This document shows, in pieces, positions 1 to 9,193 of a DNA stretch of 64,000 bases (its first letter is position 1; each line of letters opens with the position of its first letter). The notes under the pieces are model-generated. The model was not told the origin of the DNA, made no database searches, and was given only the letters and a program-made list of their open reading frames with translations. The DNA is from Alphaproteobacteria bacterium (GTDB lineage: Bacteria > Pseudomonadota > Alphaproteobacteria > GCA-2731375). The position numbers and the translations under genes were made by a program. Location of the stretch: assembly GCA_965232515.1 (NCBI GenBank), contig CBDDPY010000002.1, forward strand, positions 3,072,001 to 3,136,000. Direction: 5' to 3'.

Positions 1-284
1 AGCAGCGTATAGCGCTGGCTGCCCTGAGCCAGCCCTTGAATGTCGCCCGGAACCAGGGTCTCGAGCGCCGTTGCGGGATCGTCGCCCCGGAGCCGCACCT
101 GCCCCATATGCGAGACGTCGAACAGGCCGGCCGCCGACCGCGCGTGTAGATGCTCCTTGAGCACCCCCAGCGGATACTGCACCGGCATGTCGTAGCCGGC
201 GAACGGAACCATCTTGGCGCCCAGCTCAACATGCAGGGCGTGCAACGGCGTTTGCTTGAGTGCTTGATCCCCGTTACTGGCCAT
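1..284 (-). CDS. gcvT: Glycine cleavage system aminomethyltransferase T, N-terminal part (runs off left edge)
   Basis: Manual translation from ATG 284: [62 protein letters not shown]; GGAG RBS; glycine riboswitch upstream. Confidence 0.95.
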   Translation of the reverse strand, partial: [94 protein letters not shown]

Positions 285-335
285 CCGATCCTCCGACACC
301 AGGTGCCTGACGACAGCCCCCTTGGCTGCGTCATG

Positions 336-558
336 CCCCCTCTGTCGTCGGACCTGAGATATTCACCCGGCACGGCGGCGAACCGCGTATCGGGCTTCCC
401 CCTTCGGTGGAGCGCGTTCGGGTCTATCGAACACGCCCGCTTTCCAGAGAGCCATCCCCCTGCGGTCCGGGTGCCTGAGAGTTTCCGGGGCGGTTGCTCC
501 TTCGGCGGCGACCACGGCCTGTGGCCCGTCGCGCTCTCCCGCAGGGATCATCTGTATG
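336..558 (-). ncRNA. Tandem glycine riboswitch
   Basis: Minus strand: aptamer 1 GGAGAG...CCGAAGGAGCAA...AACTCTCAGGCA...GGAC; aptamer 2 CTCTGGAAAG...CACCGAAGG...ATCTCAGG...GACAGAG; directly 5' of gcvT. Confidence 0.95.
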
Positions 559-650
559 GTCGGCGCCGCCTTGCGACCGCGTCGATAGATAGGATCATAG
601 GCCGTCACCGGCCCAAGTCAACGCGGACCCCCGGCCGCGCGGGCGGCCGC

Positions 651-1181
651 CTAGCGGCGGTTCTGCTCCAGCTGTTCGGCGGTCAGCTGGAAGCCAACCA
701 GGACCTCGTAGTTCGCGCCGCTATCCTCGCCCGAGAGCGGCAGCTCCTGGTCGATTTCCTCGCGAACGCCGGCCCGGCGCTGGCGCCGGTCGAATTCGAT
801 GACGCTGTCGAACACTTCCTTGGCCAGGATGTTCTGGCGCGAATCGGCAATGGCGACGAAGAACGGGAAGTTGGTGGATCCGTCCTCCGCCGCCGGCCCA
901 CGGGTGGCGACGATATCGATCGCCAGCGCCGCCGTCAGCCGGCCATCGCGCAGATAGCGGCAGCTGAACTGGACGTTGCTGATCTCGGCCTGATAGCGCA
1001 CGTCGGTCAGGTCGCGCCCAGCACCCTCGCGATACTGGGTCAGGCGCGCCGCATCGCTGACGATCGACACCGTGGGGCACGGTCCCTGCGGGCTCGGAAA
1101 AAGCGTATCGCAGCCTGTCAGCACGGCCACCGAAGCGACCGCCAGCAGACCCGAACCGACATGCCGGCGGGCTAATTTCAT
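651..1181 (-). CDS. Conserved hypothetical lipoprotein
   Basis: MKLARRHVGSGLLAVASVAVLTGC signal with lipobox LTGC; start trimmed from the longer ORF. Confidence 0.75.
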   Translation of the reverse strand: MKLARRHVGSGLLAVASVAVLTGCDTLFPSPQGPCPTVSIVSDAARLTQYREGAGRDLTDVRYQAEISNVQFSCRYLRDGRLTAALAIDIVATRGPAAEDGSTNFPFFVAIADSRQNILAKEVFDSVIEFDRRQRRAGVREEIDQELPLSGEDSGANYEVLVGFQLTAEQLEQNRR

Positions 1182-1188
1182 TGTCTCA

Positions 1189-1428
1189 TTAGAGAGCGTT
1201 GTGGCTGCCGTCGCACATGGGGGAATTCTTGGTGTTCTTGCAGCCGCAGAAGAACACGCTGCGGCTGGCCTCGGCCTTGTAGGCGACCGGCGTGAATTCG
1301 GAGCCCTTGTGGCTGCCGTCGCAAAACGGCTGCATCTTGCTTTTGCCGCAGGCACACCAGAAATAGGATTTGCCGGCCTCGACCTGCACTTCGTAGGGCG
1401 CGGTCTGCGCGACAACCGGATCGGCCAT
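1189..1428 (-). CDS. CDGSH iron-sulfur domain protein with two CDGSH motifs (MiNT/CISD3-like)
   Basis: WCACGKSKMQPFCDGSH and FCGCKNTKNSPMCDGSH in 79 aa. Confidence 0.93.
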   Translation of the reverse strand: MADPVVAQTAPYEVQVEAGKSYFWCACGKSKMQPFCDGSHKGSEFTPVAYKAEASRSVFFCGCKNTKNSPMCDGSHNAL

Positions 1429-1574
1429 GACTACCCTTTCCTCCGAACGGAGACTGTAATAGGTTGCGGCGCTGCCACGTCGAGGTTGACGGCCGCAACG
1501 GCGCCGCCACGTTAGAGATATGCGCCGCGATGCACAAGAACGGCGTCGGCGCAGGTTCACCGGTAGATGACGCG

Positions 1575-2537
1575 ATGACAAAACCGACGACAAAGCCGCC
1601 GTTGGATATCCTGCTGGCCGCGCCGCGCGGGTTCTGCGCCGGCGTCGACCGGGCGATTCAGATCGTCGAGCTGGCGCTGGCGAAATACGGACCGCCGGTC
1701 TACGTGCGGCACGAAATCGTACACAACCGGTTCGTGGTCGAGAACCTTGAGAAGGACGGCGCCGTCTTCGTCGACGAGCTGGACGAGGTGCCCGCGGATG
1801 CACCGGTCGTGTTCTCGGCCCATGGGGTGCCCAAATCGGTGCCAGCCGAGGCACAGCGCCGCAAGCTGTTCTATCTCGACGCCACCTGCCCCCTGGTCTC
1901 GAAGGTGCACCGCGAGGCCGAGCGGCATTTCGCGCAAGACAGGCACATCGTGATGATCGGCCATGCCGGGCATCCGGAGGTGATCGGCACCATGGGCCAG
2001 CTGCCAGATGGCGCCATCAGCCTGGTCGAGACCACGGCCGATGCCGAGATCGTCGACCCACCGGACCCGGCACGGCTGGCCTACATCACCCAGACCACCC
2101 TGTCGGTCGACGAGACCGCCGATGTCGTCGCCAAGCTGCGTCAACGCTTCCCCGAAATCGTCGGGCCCAAAAAGGAAGACATCTGCTACGCCACGACCAA
2201 CCGGCAGAACGCGGTCAAGGCCATCGCCGCGCGGTGCGACGCCTTCCTGGTGATCGGCGCGCCGAACTCGTCGAACTCGCTGCGTCTCGTCGAGGTCGCA
2301 CAGCGGGCCGGTTGCCCGCAGGCCATGCTGGTGCAGCGCGCCGGCGACATCGACTGGCCGGCGTTGGTCGAAGCGCGCGCCGTCGGCATCAGCGCCGGCG
2401 CGTCGGCGCCGGAACTGCTGGTCGAGGAGGTGATCGGCGCCTTCCGCGACCGCTACGCGGTCCGCATCGAGGAAGTCGAGGCGGCGTCCGAAAACGTCGA
2501 GTTCAAGCTGCCGCGCGAACTGCGCGCGAGCGCCTGA
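1575..2537 (+). CDS. ispH: 4-hydroxy-3-methylbut-2-enyl diphosphate reductase
   Basis: [35 protein letters not shown] motifs. Confidence 0.97.
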   Translation: MTKPTTKPPLDILLAAPRGFCAGVDRAIQIVELALAKYGPPVYVRHEIVHNRFVVENLEKDGAVFVDELDEVPADAPVVFSAHGVPKSVPAEAQRRKLFYLDATCPLVSKVHREAERHFAQDRHIVMIGHAGHPEVIGTMGQLPDGAISLVETTADAEIVDPPDPARLAYITQTTLSVDETADVVAKLRQRFPEIVGPKKEDICYATTNRQNAVKAIAARCDAFLVIGAPNSSNSLRLVEVAQRAGCPQAMLVQRAGDIDWPALVEARAVGISAGASAPELLVEEVIGAFRDRYAVRIEEVEAASENVEFKLPRELRASA

Positions 2538-2561
2538 GCACGCCACCACGGCGACGGTTCC

Positions 2562-3524
2562 ATGGCTGTCTACACGGAAGTCGACGACGACGAACTGGCC
2601 GCATTCGTTGCCGGCTATGACATCGGCGAGGTCACGGCCTGCAAAGGCATCGCCGAGGGCGTGGAGAACTCCAACTTCCTGCTGCAGACCGACCGCGACA
2701 GCTTCATTCTGACGATCTACGAGAAACGCGTCCGGCCGGACGATCTGCCGTTCTTCCTGGGACTGATGAACCATCTGGCCATGCGCGACGTGCCTTGCCC
2801 GACGCCGCTTCACGGCCGCGACGGCGTCGCCCTGCGTACGCTCGCCGGGAAACCGGCGGCGATCGTCACCTTCCTGCAGGGGGTCTGGCCGAAGCGACCG
2901 ACGGCGCAGCATTGCGGCGAGCTCGGCGCGGCCATGGCGCGCATGCATCTCGGCGGCGACGGCTTTGCGCTGACCCGCGCCAACGATCTGTCGGTCGACG
3001 GCTGGCGGCGGTTGGTGGTGTCGACGGAGTTGCGGGCGGACACCGTGATGCAGGGACTCGCGCGTGAGATCGCATCAGAGTTCCGCGACCTCGAACGCAA
3101 CTGGCCAAGCGGCCTGCCGTCGGGCGTGATCCATGCCGACCTGTTTCCCGACAACGTATTCTTCCTGGGCGAGAAGCTGTCGGGTCTGATCGACTTCTAC
3201 TTCGCCTGCAACGACGCGCTGGCCTACGACCTTGCGGTCTGCCTCAACGCCTGGTGCTTCGAGGGCAATGTCGAGTTCAACATTACCAAGGCCCGCCGGC
3301 TGCTGCGCGGTTACCGCGAGGTCCGCGACATCGGCGCCGACGAGATGGAGGCCCTGCCATGGCTGGCGCGCGGGGCGGCGCTCCGGTTCCTGCTGACGCG
3401 GCTGTTCGACTGGTTGAACCAGGTCGACGGCGCGCTGGTGAAACCGAAGGATCCGCTGGAATACCTGGCCCGGCTTCGCTTTCACCAGCACGTGCCCGGC
3501 GCCGGCGCCTACGGATTGGACTAG
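2562..3524 (+). CDS. thrB: Homoserine kinase (type II)
   Basis: MAVYT start, [27 protein letters not shown]. Confidence 0.95.
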   Translation: MAVYTEVDDDELAAFVAGYDIGEVTACKGIAEGVENSNFLLQTDRDSFILTIYEKRVRPDDLPFFLGLMNHLAMRDVPCPTPLHGRDGVALRTLAGKPAAIVTFLQGVWPKRPTAQHCGELGAAMARMHLGGDGFALTRANDLSVDGWRRLVVSTELRADTVMQGLAREIASEFRDLERNWPSGLPSGVIHADLFPDNVFFLGEKLSGLIDFYFACNDALAYDLAVCLNAWCFEGNVEFNITKARRLLRGYREVRDIGADEMEALPWLARGAALRFLLTRLFDWLNQVDGALVKPKDPLEYLARLRFHQHVPGAGAYGLD

Positions 3525-3526
3525 AT

Positions 3527-3967
3527 ATGGCTGATGTTGTTGAGATCTATACCGATGGCGCCTGCTCGGGCAATCCGGGGCCGGGCGGCTGGGGCGTGCT
3601 GTTGCGGTTCGACGGGAACGAGAAGGAGCTGAAGGGCGGCGCGCGGGAGACCACCAACAACCGGATGGAGATGACGGCGGCCATCGAGGCGTTGTCGGCG
3701 TTGAAGCGGCCGTGCCAGGTACGCCTGCACACGGACAGCACCTATCTGAAGGACGGTATCACCAGCTGGATTCACAACTGGAAGCGCAACGGCTGGAAGA
3801 CCGCGGCCAAGAAGCCGGTCAAGAACGAAGACCTCTGGCGCCGACTGGACGCGCTGTTGGCCAATCACGAGATCGCGTGGCATTGGGTGAAAGGCCATGC
3901 CGGCCACCCCGAAAACGAGCGCGCCGACGCCCTCGCCCGCGAGGGCATGACCCCCTACCTGCGCTAG
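3527..3967 (+). CDS. rnhA: Ribonuclease HI
   Basis: [37 protein letters not shown]. Confidence 0.97.
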   Translation: MADVVEIYTDGACSGNPGPGGWGVLLRFDGNEKELKGGARETTNNRMEMTAAIEALSALKRPCQVRLHTDSTYLKDGITSWIHNWKRNGWKTAAKKPVKNEDLWRRLDALLANHEIAWHWVKGHAGHPENERADALAREGMTPYLR

Positions 3968-3979
3968 CGCCAATCGCGG

Positions 3980-4435
3980 CTAGGGCAGGCTGGCCTCGAC
4001 CTGCAGCACGACGCCGTCAACACCGGTCACTCTGACCTGCGCCCCGGTCGGCAGATCCGGCCCGGACAGTTTCCACATCGTATCGTCAATATGCGCCTTG
4101 CCGTTGCCGTTCACGATCGGCTCGGCGAGCGTCAAAGTGCGACCGACATACTGCTCGCCGCGGCGGTTCAAAGTCGGATGATCGGTCTCGATCGGGCTGC
4201 GCTTCAGATAGCGCCGGGCGGCGGCGATACTGATGACCGACAGCGCCGCGAAGATCAGGAACTGGTAGCGCCAGTCGAGGCCCGGCACGAACAGGACGAC
4301 GAGGCCGACAACGCCGGCCGCGATGCCCATCCACAGAAACACCGCGCCGGGGATGACGATCTCCAGGATGACGAGCGCGACGCCGGCGACCCACCAGGCC
4401 CAATAGTCCAGCGTCATCAGCCACTGTTCGATCAT
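3980..4435 (-). CDS. NfeD family membrane protein (YbbJ-like)
   Basis: N-terminal TM helices, [12 protein letters not shown]-terminal OB-fold; ATGA overlap with the SPFH gene. Confidence 0.9.
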   Translation of the reverse strand: MIEQWLMTLDYWAWWVAGVALVILEIVIPGAVFLWMGIAAGVVGLVVLFVPGLDWRYQFLIFAALSVISIAAARRYLKRSPIETDHPTLNRRGEQYVGRTLTLAEPIVNGNGKAHIDDTMWKLSGPDLPTGAQVRVTGVDGVVLQVEASLP

Positions 4436-5481
4436 GCGCCGTCGCTCCACGGCCCGGCTGGCCGGTTGGGACCGGCGGATGCCGGCGGCGTTGTCGGCGC
4501 CGGCGGGGTCGGCCGCGGCGGGGATGGCGGCTGGCTGCCGTTACCCTGACCGCCTCCGGCGCCGAAGGCCTGCGCGGCGATTTCGCCGATGCCCCCCAGC
4601 GCGCCGATCACGGACGACGCCTCCAGCGGCATGAACAGAATCTTCTGGTTCGGCGAGGTGGCGAACTGGCCCAGCGCTTCGACGTAGCGCTGCGCCACGA
4701 AGTAATTGATCGATTGCACGTCGCCCTGCGCGATCGCCTCCGACACCATGGTCGTCGCCTTGGCCTCCGCTTCGGCCTCGCGCTCGCGTGCCTCGGCATC
4801 CCGGAAGGCGGCCTCGCGCCGGCCCTCGGCCTCCAGGATCGCGGACTGCTTCTGTCCCTCGGCGCGCAGGATCTCGGCGTTCCGATCACCCTCGGCTTCC
4901 AGAATCGTGGCCCGCTTTTCGCGCTCGGCCTTCATCTGCCGGGCCATGGCGTCGACCAGATCGCGCGGCGGCGCGATGTCCTTGATCTCGATCCGCGTGA
5001 CCTTCACGCCCCACGGCGTGGTCGCCTCGTCGACCACGGTCAACAGCCGGTGATTGATCTCGTCACGCTTGGACAGCAGTTCGTCCAGGTCCATGGAACC
5101 CATGACCGTCCGGATGTTGGTCATGGTCAGGTTCAAGGTTGCGAGCTCGAGCTGGCGAACCTCATAGGCCGCCTTGGCCGCATCCAGGATCTGATAAAAG
5201 ACCACACCGTCGACGGCCACCATGGCGTTGTCCTTGGTGATGACTTCCTGCGTCGGCACGTCCAGGACCTGCTCCATCATGTTCATTTTGGCGCCGATCC
5301 GGTCGATGATCGGTACGATCAGATGCAGGCCGGGCCGAAGTGTCCGCGTGTATCTGCCGAACCGCTCGACGGTGTATTCCATGCCCTGCTCGACAGACTT
5401 CACGCCCATCGCCACCAGCAACAACGCCAGCACGACAATGGCGAAGACGAAAATCGTAAATCCACTCAATGAAATGAACAT
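4432..5481 (-). CDS. SPFH/band 7 (stomatin-like, QmcA/YbbK) protein
   Basis: [40 protein letters not shown]; paired with NfeD. Confidence 0.93.
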   Translation of the reverse strand: MFISLSGFTIFVFAIVVLALLLVAMGVKSVEQGMEYTVERFGRYTRTLRPGLHLIVPIIDRIGAKMNMMEQVLDVPTQEVITKDNAMVAVDGVVFYQILDAAKAAYEVRQLELATLNLTMTNIRTVMGSMDLDELLSKRDEINHRLLTVVDEATTPWGVKVTRIEIKDIAPPRDLVDAMARQMKAEREKRATILEAEGDRNAEILRAEGQKQSAILEAEGRREAAFRDAEAREREAEAEAKATTMVSEAIAQGDVQSINYFVAQRYVEALGQFATSPNQKILFMPLEASSVIGALGGIGEIAAQAFGAGGGQGNGSQPPSPPRPTPPAPTTPPASAGPNRPAGPWSDGA

Positions 5482-5575
5482 GGCCCGATCCCCTTAACTA
5501 TTCCCATTGCCATGACCGTAACTTTGCCGCAGGCTGCCGCGATTACAACCGGAATAGCTGTATGGAAGTCCGGGC

Positions 5576-6061
5576 ATGCAAAGCCGCAGCCGAATTCATT
5601 CATTCCATCCCGATCGTTACGGCGACGTTAAGACGGCGGTACGCGCGCTGCTGCACGCCGCCGGCGGCGAGGCGAAAGCCGCCGAAATGTGCCGGGTTTC
5701 GAAGTCGACGCTGTCCGAATACGGCAATCCGGCGCATGCCGACCGGCATATGCCGATCGACGTCGTGCTGGCGCTGGAAACGGCCACCGGCGAAATGCCG
5801 GTCAGCGGACACCTGGCTGCAACGCAGGATTGTGTGCTGTTGCGCCTTCCCGATGCCGATGCGGAGCCGGAATGGCTGGCGCATCTGACCAATATCGGCA
5901 AGGAAGCAGGCGACGTCTTCAACCGGGCCGGCGAGTTCCTGGCAGATGACGGCGACATCGACGCAACCGAGGCGCCGGCGCTGCTGCGCGAAGTCGACGA
6001 ACTGCTGATGGCCGTTGCGGGCATGCGGGCCGCGGTGCGCGGCCGTCTGTCGACCGATTGA
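5576..6061 (+). CDS. Phage regulatory CII-like (CP76-type) HTH protein, orphan
   Basis: AAEMCRVSKSTLSEYGNP HTH-like segment, MPIDVVLALE, C-terminal KEAGDV...ADDGDIDATE...LLRE pattern resembling P2/186-type CII homologues. Confidence 0.6.
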   Translation: MQSRSRIHSFHPDRYGDVKTAVRALLHAAGGEAKAAEMCRVSKSTLSEYGNPAHADRHMPIDVVLALETATGEMPVSGHLAATQDCVLLRLPDADAEPEWLAHLTNIGKEAGDVFNRAGEFLADDGDIDATEAPALLREVDELLMAVAGMRAAVRGRLSTD

Positions 6062-6086
6062 TTCCGCCGAGCACCGGCCGGCCGGC

Positions 6087-6124
6087 AAAGAAAAACGCCG
6101 CCCGCTATGTTTCGGACGGCGTTT
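6087..6124 (-). terminator. Intrinsic terminator inside the arfA coding sequence
   Basis: Minus strand AAACGCCGTCCG-AAACATAG-CGGGCGGCGTTT followed by TTCTTT. Confidence 0.8.
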
Positions 6125-6229
6125 GTAGGAGCCCTTGCCCTTTTTGGCGCTGACCACCCGCTGTCGAAGCAACGGCTGGGTCAACGCGCGGGCGACCGGA
6201 TTGCCCGATCGTCTGATGCGCCGGCGCAT
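6087..6229 (-). CDS. arfA: Alternative ribosome-rescue factor A; transcript predicted to end at an internal terminator (frame has no stop until 5600)
   Basis: GGAGG RBS then MRRRIRRSGNPVARALTQPLLRQRVVSAKKGKGSYKRRPKH, matching the ArfA core N..AL..PL.RQRV...KKGKGSY.R..KH. Confidence 0.88.
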
Positions 6230-6277
6230 GTTCACCTCCATCGCTGGTTTGGTCCGCCTATGTAAACAAACAGAGGT

Positions 6278-6305
6278 AAAAGAAAAAGGGGCCGAAGCCC
6301 CTTTT
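6278..6305 (-). terminator. Intrinsic terminator of the peroxiredoxin gene
   Basis: Minus strand AAAAGGGGC-TTCG-GCCCCTTTT then TCTTTT; UUCG tetraloop. Confidence 0.88.
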
Positions 6306-6340
6306 CGATCACTATGGCCGGTTGAGGCGGGTATCTGGTC

Positions 6341-6826
6341 TCAGACCTGCCCCATGATGGTGTCGGCGCCGGATACGGCCATTTCGCCCGGGTTTTCCTC
6401 GATATTGATGGCCTTGACGGTACCGTCGTCGACCAGGATCGAGAACCGGGTCGCGCGCACGCCCATGCCACGGGCCGTCAGGTCAAGCTCAAGGCCCAGC
6501 TTCTTGGTGTAGTCGGCCGAACCGTCGGCCAACATCATCACTTTGTCGCCGGCGTTCTGGTCCTTGCCCCAGGCGCCCATGACGAAGGGGTCGTTCACCG
6601 ACATGCAGGCGATCGTGTCGACGCCCTTGGCCTTCAGATCGTCGGCATGCTGAACGTAGCTCGGTACGTGCTTGGCCGAGCAGGTCGGCGTAAATGCGCC
6701 CGGCAGTCCGAACAACACCACTTTCTTGCCCGAAAACAATTCGGATGTCGGCACCGGTTGCGGGCCACCGTCGCCCATCGTCATCATGGTGCCTTCCGGC
6801 ATCTTGTCCCCTACGCTGATCGTCAT
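6341..6826 (-). CDS. Peroxiredoxin, Prx5/type II
   Basis: PGAFTPTCSAKHVP, SVNDPFVMGAW; GGAGG RBS. Confidence 0.95.
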   Translation of the reverse strand: MTISVGDKMPEGTMMTMGDGGPQPVPTSELFSGKKVVLFGLPGAFTPTCSAKHVPSYVQHADDLKAKGVDTIACMSVNDPFVMGAWGKDQNAGDKVMMLADGSADYTKKLGLELDLTARGMGVRATRFSILVDDGTVKAINIEENPGEMAVSGADTIMGQV

Positions 6827-6973
6827 CGTCATCCCTCCAAGTGTCCCGGATTGCCCCGGCAATCCCCTGCGCACCGGCTTATAGCCGTCCGACGGTGCAT
6901 TGAAAAGCATGCCGCCCGAGGCGACAACGGAAATCGGTAAATGACGATCCGATCGGCCCGCTGGCGCGTCGAG

Positions 6974-7822
6974 TCAGCTTCCGGGCCGGGCCTTGGTCTT
7001 GAACTCGACCGCCCGCTTGCCGTCGACCAGCGTCAGCACGAGGTTCTGATCGGCCAGCACTTGTGCCGTGCCGCTGGCATGGACAGGCAGCCGCAGACGG
7101 GCGCGGCGGCCGTCGTCATCGAGCTGCACGTCGGGCCGGCCGAAGCGAAACGGGAACGGCGCTTCGACAAACATGTCCGGCGCCTGGAACGCCGTTTCGC
7201 CGCGGACCACGACTTCCAGAACCTGATCGTCGCCTGATTTGAGGACGTTGATCGCCTCGATGCTTTCGGGGCCGTCCGCAGGCAGGCGATGCAGATAATC
7301 GTTGATCAGCGCGGCATGCGCGGTCGAGGCCGCCGGTCCGGCCGGCAGGTCGAGTGCCAATTCAGCGCTCGCCGGCACGCAGATCTCGGCGCAGACCATG
7401 TATTCCACCGCGACCCGGGCGGCGACGGGCTGGCCCGGCCGCTGCAGCTTGATGTCGATCGGAAAAACGATTTCCTCGGCATAGCCGAAACTGTCGAAAC
7501 CGAACGCCGTGAACCGCTTCGGCGCCGGCCAGGCGATCTCGGCGTTGGCAACATTGCGCGAGCCCGACCAGTCCAGTCGCGGCGGAAGACCGGCATCGCC
7601 CGGATCGCGCCAGTAGGTCTTCCAGCCGGGCTCCAGGCGGATCTGCAGACCGACCGAAATGCTGGCGCCGTCGCCGACCGTGGATTGCGCCGAGACCAGG
7701 CGGATGTGACTGTCCTGGTTGTCGACCCAGGCACTGTCAGCCGCCATGGCCGGCGTTACGGCGACAAACAGACCGATTGCCGCGGCGGCGCCGCATTGAG
7801 ACATTCTTAACGCCATTGCCAT
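6974..7822 (-). CDS. Exported DsbD N-terminal domain protein
   Basis: Signal peptide, LEPGWKTYWRDPGDAGLPP, VCAEICVP. Confidence 0.88.
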   Translation of the reverse strand: MAMALRMSQCGAAAAIGLFVAVTPAMAADSAWVDNQDSHIRLVSAQSTVGDGASISVGLQIRLEPGWKTYWRDPGDAGLPPRLDWSGSRNVANAEIAWPAPKRFTAFGFDSFGYAEEIVFPIDIKLQRPGQPVAARVAVEYMVCAEICVPASAELALDLPAGPAASTAHAALINDYLHRLPADGPESIEAINVLKSGDDQVLEVVVRGETAFQAPDMFVEAPFPFRFGRPDVQLDDDGRRARLRLPVHASGTAQVLADQNLVLTLVDGKRAVEFKTKARPGS

Positions 7823-7904
7823 GATCCTAGCCCGGTCAGCAAATGATTGCGCCCCGCCGGTTATATGGGGCTAAATGTAAAACTGGTTTTGACAATCTCG
7901 TGAC

Positions 7905-7931
7905 CTTGCATCGGCAGCCCAAGGCCTAAAT
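7905..7931 (+). promoter_or_regulatory. Putative RpoH (sigma32)-type promoter of the yqgE/algH gene
   Basis: CTTG-N16-CCTAAAT just upstream of the ATG. Confidence 0.4.
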
Positions 7932-7940
7932 CTCTTTAGC

Positions 7941-8516
7941 ATGAGCAACGACGAAAATCTTGAAGGCTACCTGGAAGGGCAACTGTTGATCGCCATGCCC
8001 TCGATGCAGGATCCGCGCTTCGAGCGTACCGTGATCTATATGTGCGCCCATTCGGCGCAGGGCGCCATGGGATTGGTCGTAAACAAGCTCGCCGATCACA
8101 TCTCGTTCCACGATCTACTGGATCAGCTGACCATCGACGTGCCGGAGGTCGAGAACGAAATCCGCGTCCATGTCGGCGGACCGGTCGAGACCGGACGTGG
8201 CTTCGTCCTGCATACCGGCGATTACCAGCAGGAATCGACCCTGTTGGTGAACCCAGAATTCGGCCTGACGGCCACGGTCGATATCCTGCGCTCGATCGCG
8301 GTCGGCGAAGGACCGCGGCGCAGCCTGCTGGCGCTGGGCTACGCCGGCTGGGCGCCAGGTCAACTCGACAGCGAAATCCAGGAAAACGGCTGGCTGCACA
8401 CGCCGGCGGATCTGGATCTGGTCTTCGACAGCGATCTCGAAGGCAAATGGGAACGCGCGATCAACAAGTTGGGGATCGACGTCTCGTTCCTGTCATCCGA
8501 CGCGGGCCACGCTTAG
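7941..8516 (+). CDS. YqgE/AlgH family protein
   Basis: LLIAMPSMQDPRF, GGPVETGRGFVLH, LGYAGWAPGQL, C-terminal AGHA. Confidence 0.95.
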   Translation: MSNDENLEGYLEGQLLIAMPSMQDPRFERTVIYMCAHSAQGAMGLVVNKLADHISFHDLLDQLTIDVPEVENEIRVHVGGPVETGRGFVLHTGDYQQESTLLVNPEFGLTATVDILRSIAVGEGPRRSLLALGYAGWAPGQLDSEIQENGWLHTPADLDLVFDSDLEGKWERAINKLGIDVSFLSSDAGHA

Positions 8517-8537
8517 CCCGCATTCGACAGCACCTGA

Positions 8538-9167
8538 TCAGGATCCGACGGTCGCGCCTTCGGCCGGCGCGGGAACGGCTTCGCGCTTGTCGCTGCCGAG
8601 CATGGCGAACAGCACATGATCGCGCCAGGCACCGTTGATCCGCAGGTATTCGCGCGCCAGCCCTTCCTCGCGAAAACCGACCCGGCGAAGAACGGCTTTG
8701 CTGCGGTCGTTATTGGGCAGGCAGGCCGCCTCCAGCCGGTGCAGCCGCAGCTCGCCGAACACGAACGGCAGGATCGCCTTCACCGCGTCCGACATGTGCC
8801 CCTTGCCGGCATAGTCCTTGCCCATCCAGTAGCCGAGCGAGCAGGACTGGGTGACGCCGCGACGGATGTTGGTCAAGGTGACGCCGCCCACCAGCCGGTC
8901 ATCGGAGCGCCGGAACACGAAAAATGCATAGCCGAAGCCGTCGCGGGCATCCCGGTGATAACGCCGCAGCCGCCGGCGGAACGCGTTGCGCGTGAGTTCG
9001 TCGACCGACCAGGTCGGCTCCCATGGCGTCAGGAATTCTCGGCTGGCCGCGCGCAGACGCGCCCAATCGGCCCAATCGGTCAATTGCGGCGGGCGCAGAT
9101 AGACCCGATTGCCCTGGACCACCGGCGCCGGGCCGGACCATGGTGGATTACGGAGAAATGCTGACAA
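8538..9167 (-). CDS. RimJ-like GNAT N-acetyltransferase
   Basis: FLTPWEP, LGYWMG, LHRLEAACLPNN, YLRINGAWRDH; TTG start inferred. Confidence 0.88.
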   Translation of the reverse strand: MSAFLRNPPWSGPAPVVQGNRVYLRPPQLTDWADWARLRAASREFLTPWEPTWSVDELTRNAFRRRLRRYHRDARDGFGYAFFVFRRSDDRLVGGVTLTNIRRGVTQSCSLGYWMGKDYAGKGHMSDAVKAILPFVFGELRLHRLEAACLPNNDRSKAVLRRVGFREEGLAREYLRINGAWRDHVLFAMLGSDKREAVPAPAEGATVGS

Positions 9168-9193
9168 GGACCTTTGACCGCCACCCTTTTCGT

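Noticed and set aside
150-1175. 341-aa plus-strand ORF
   Set aside because: Antisense to gcvT, the glycine riboswitch and the lipoprotein; no recognisable motifs
5600-6086. Long C-terminal extension of the ArfA ORF (213-aa call)
   Set aside because: Lies past the internal terminator and is the codon-aligned antisense frame of the CII-like gene, which is often open in GC-rich DNA
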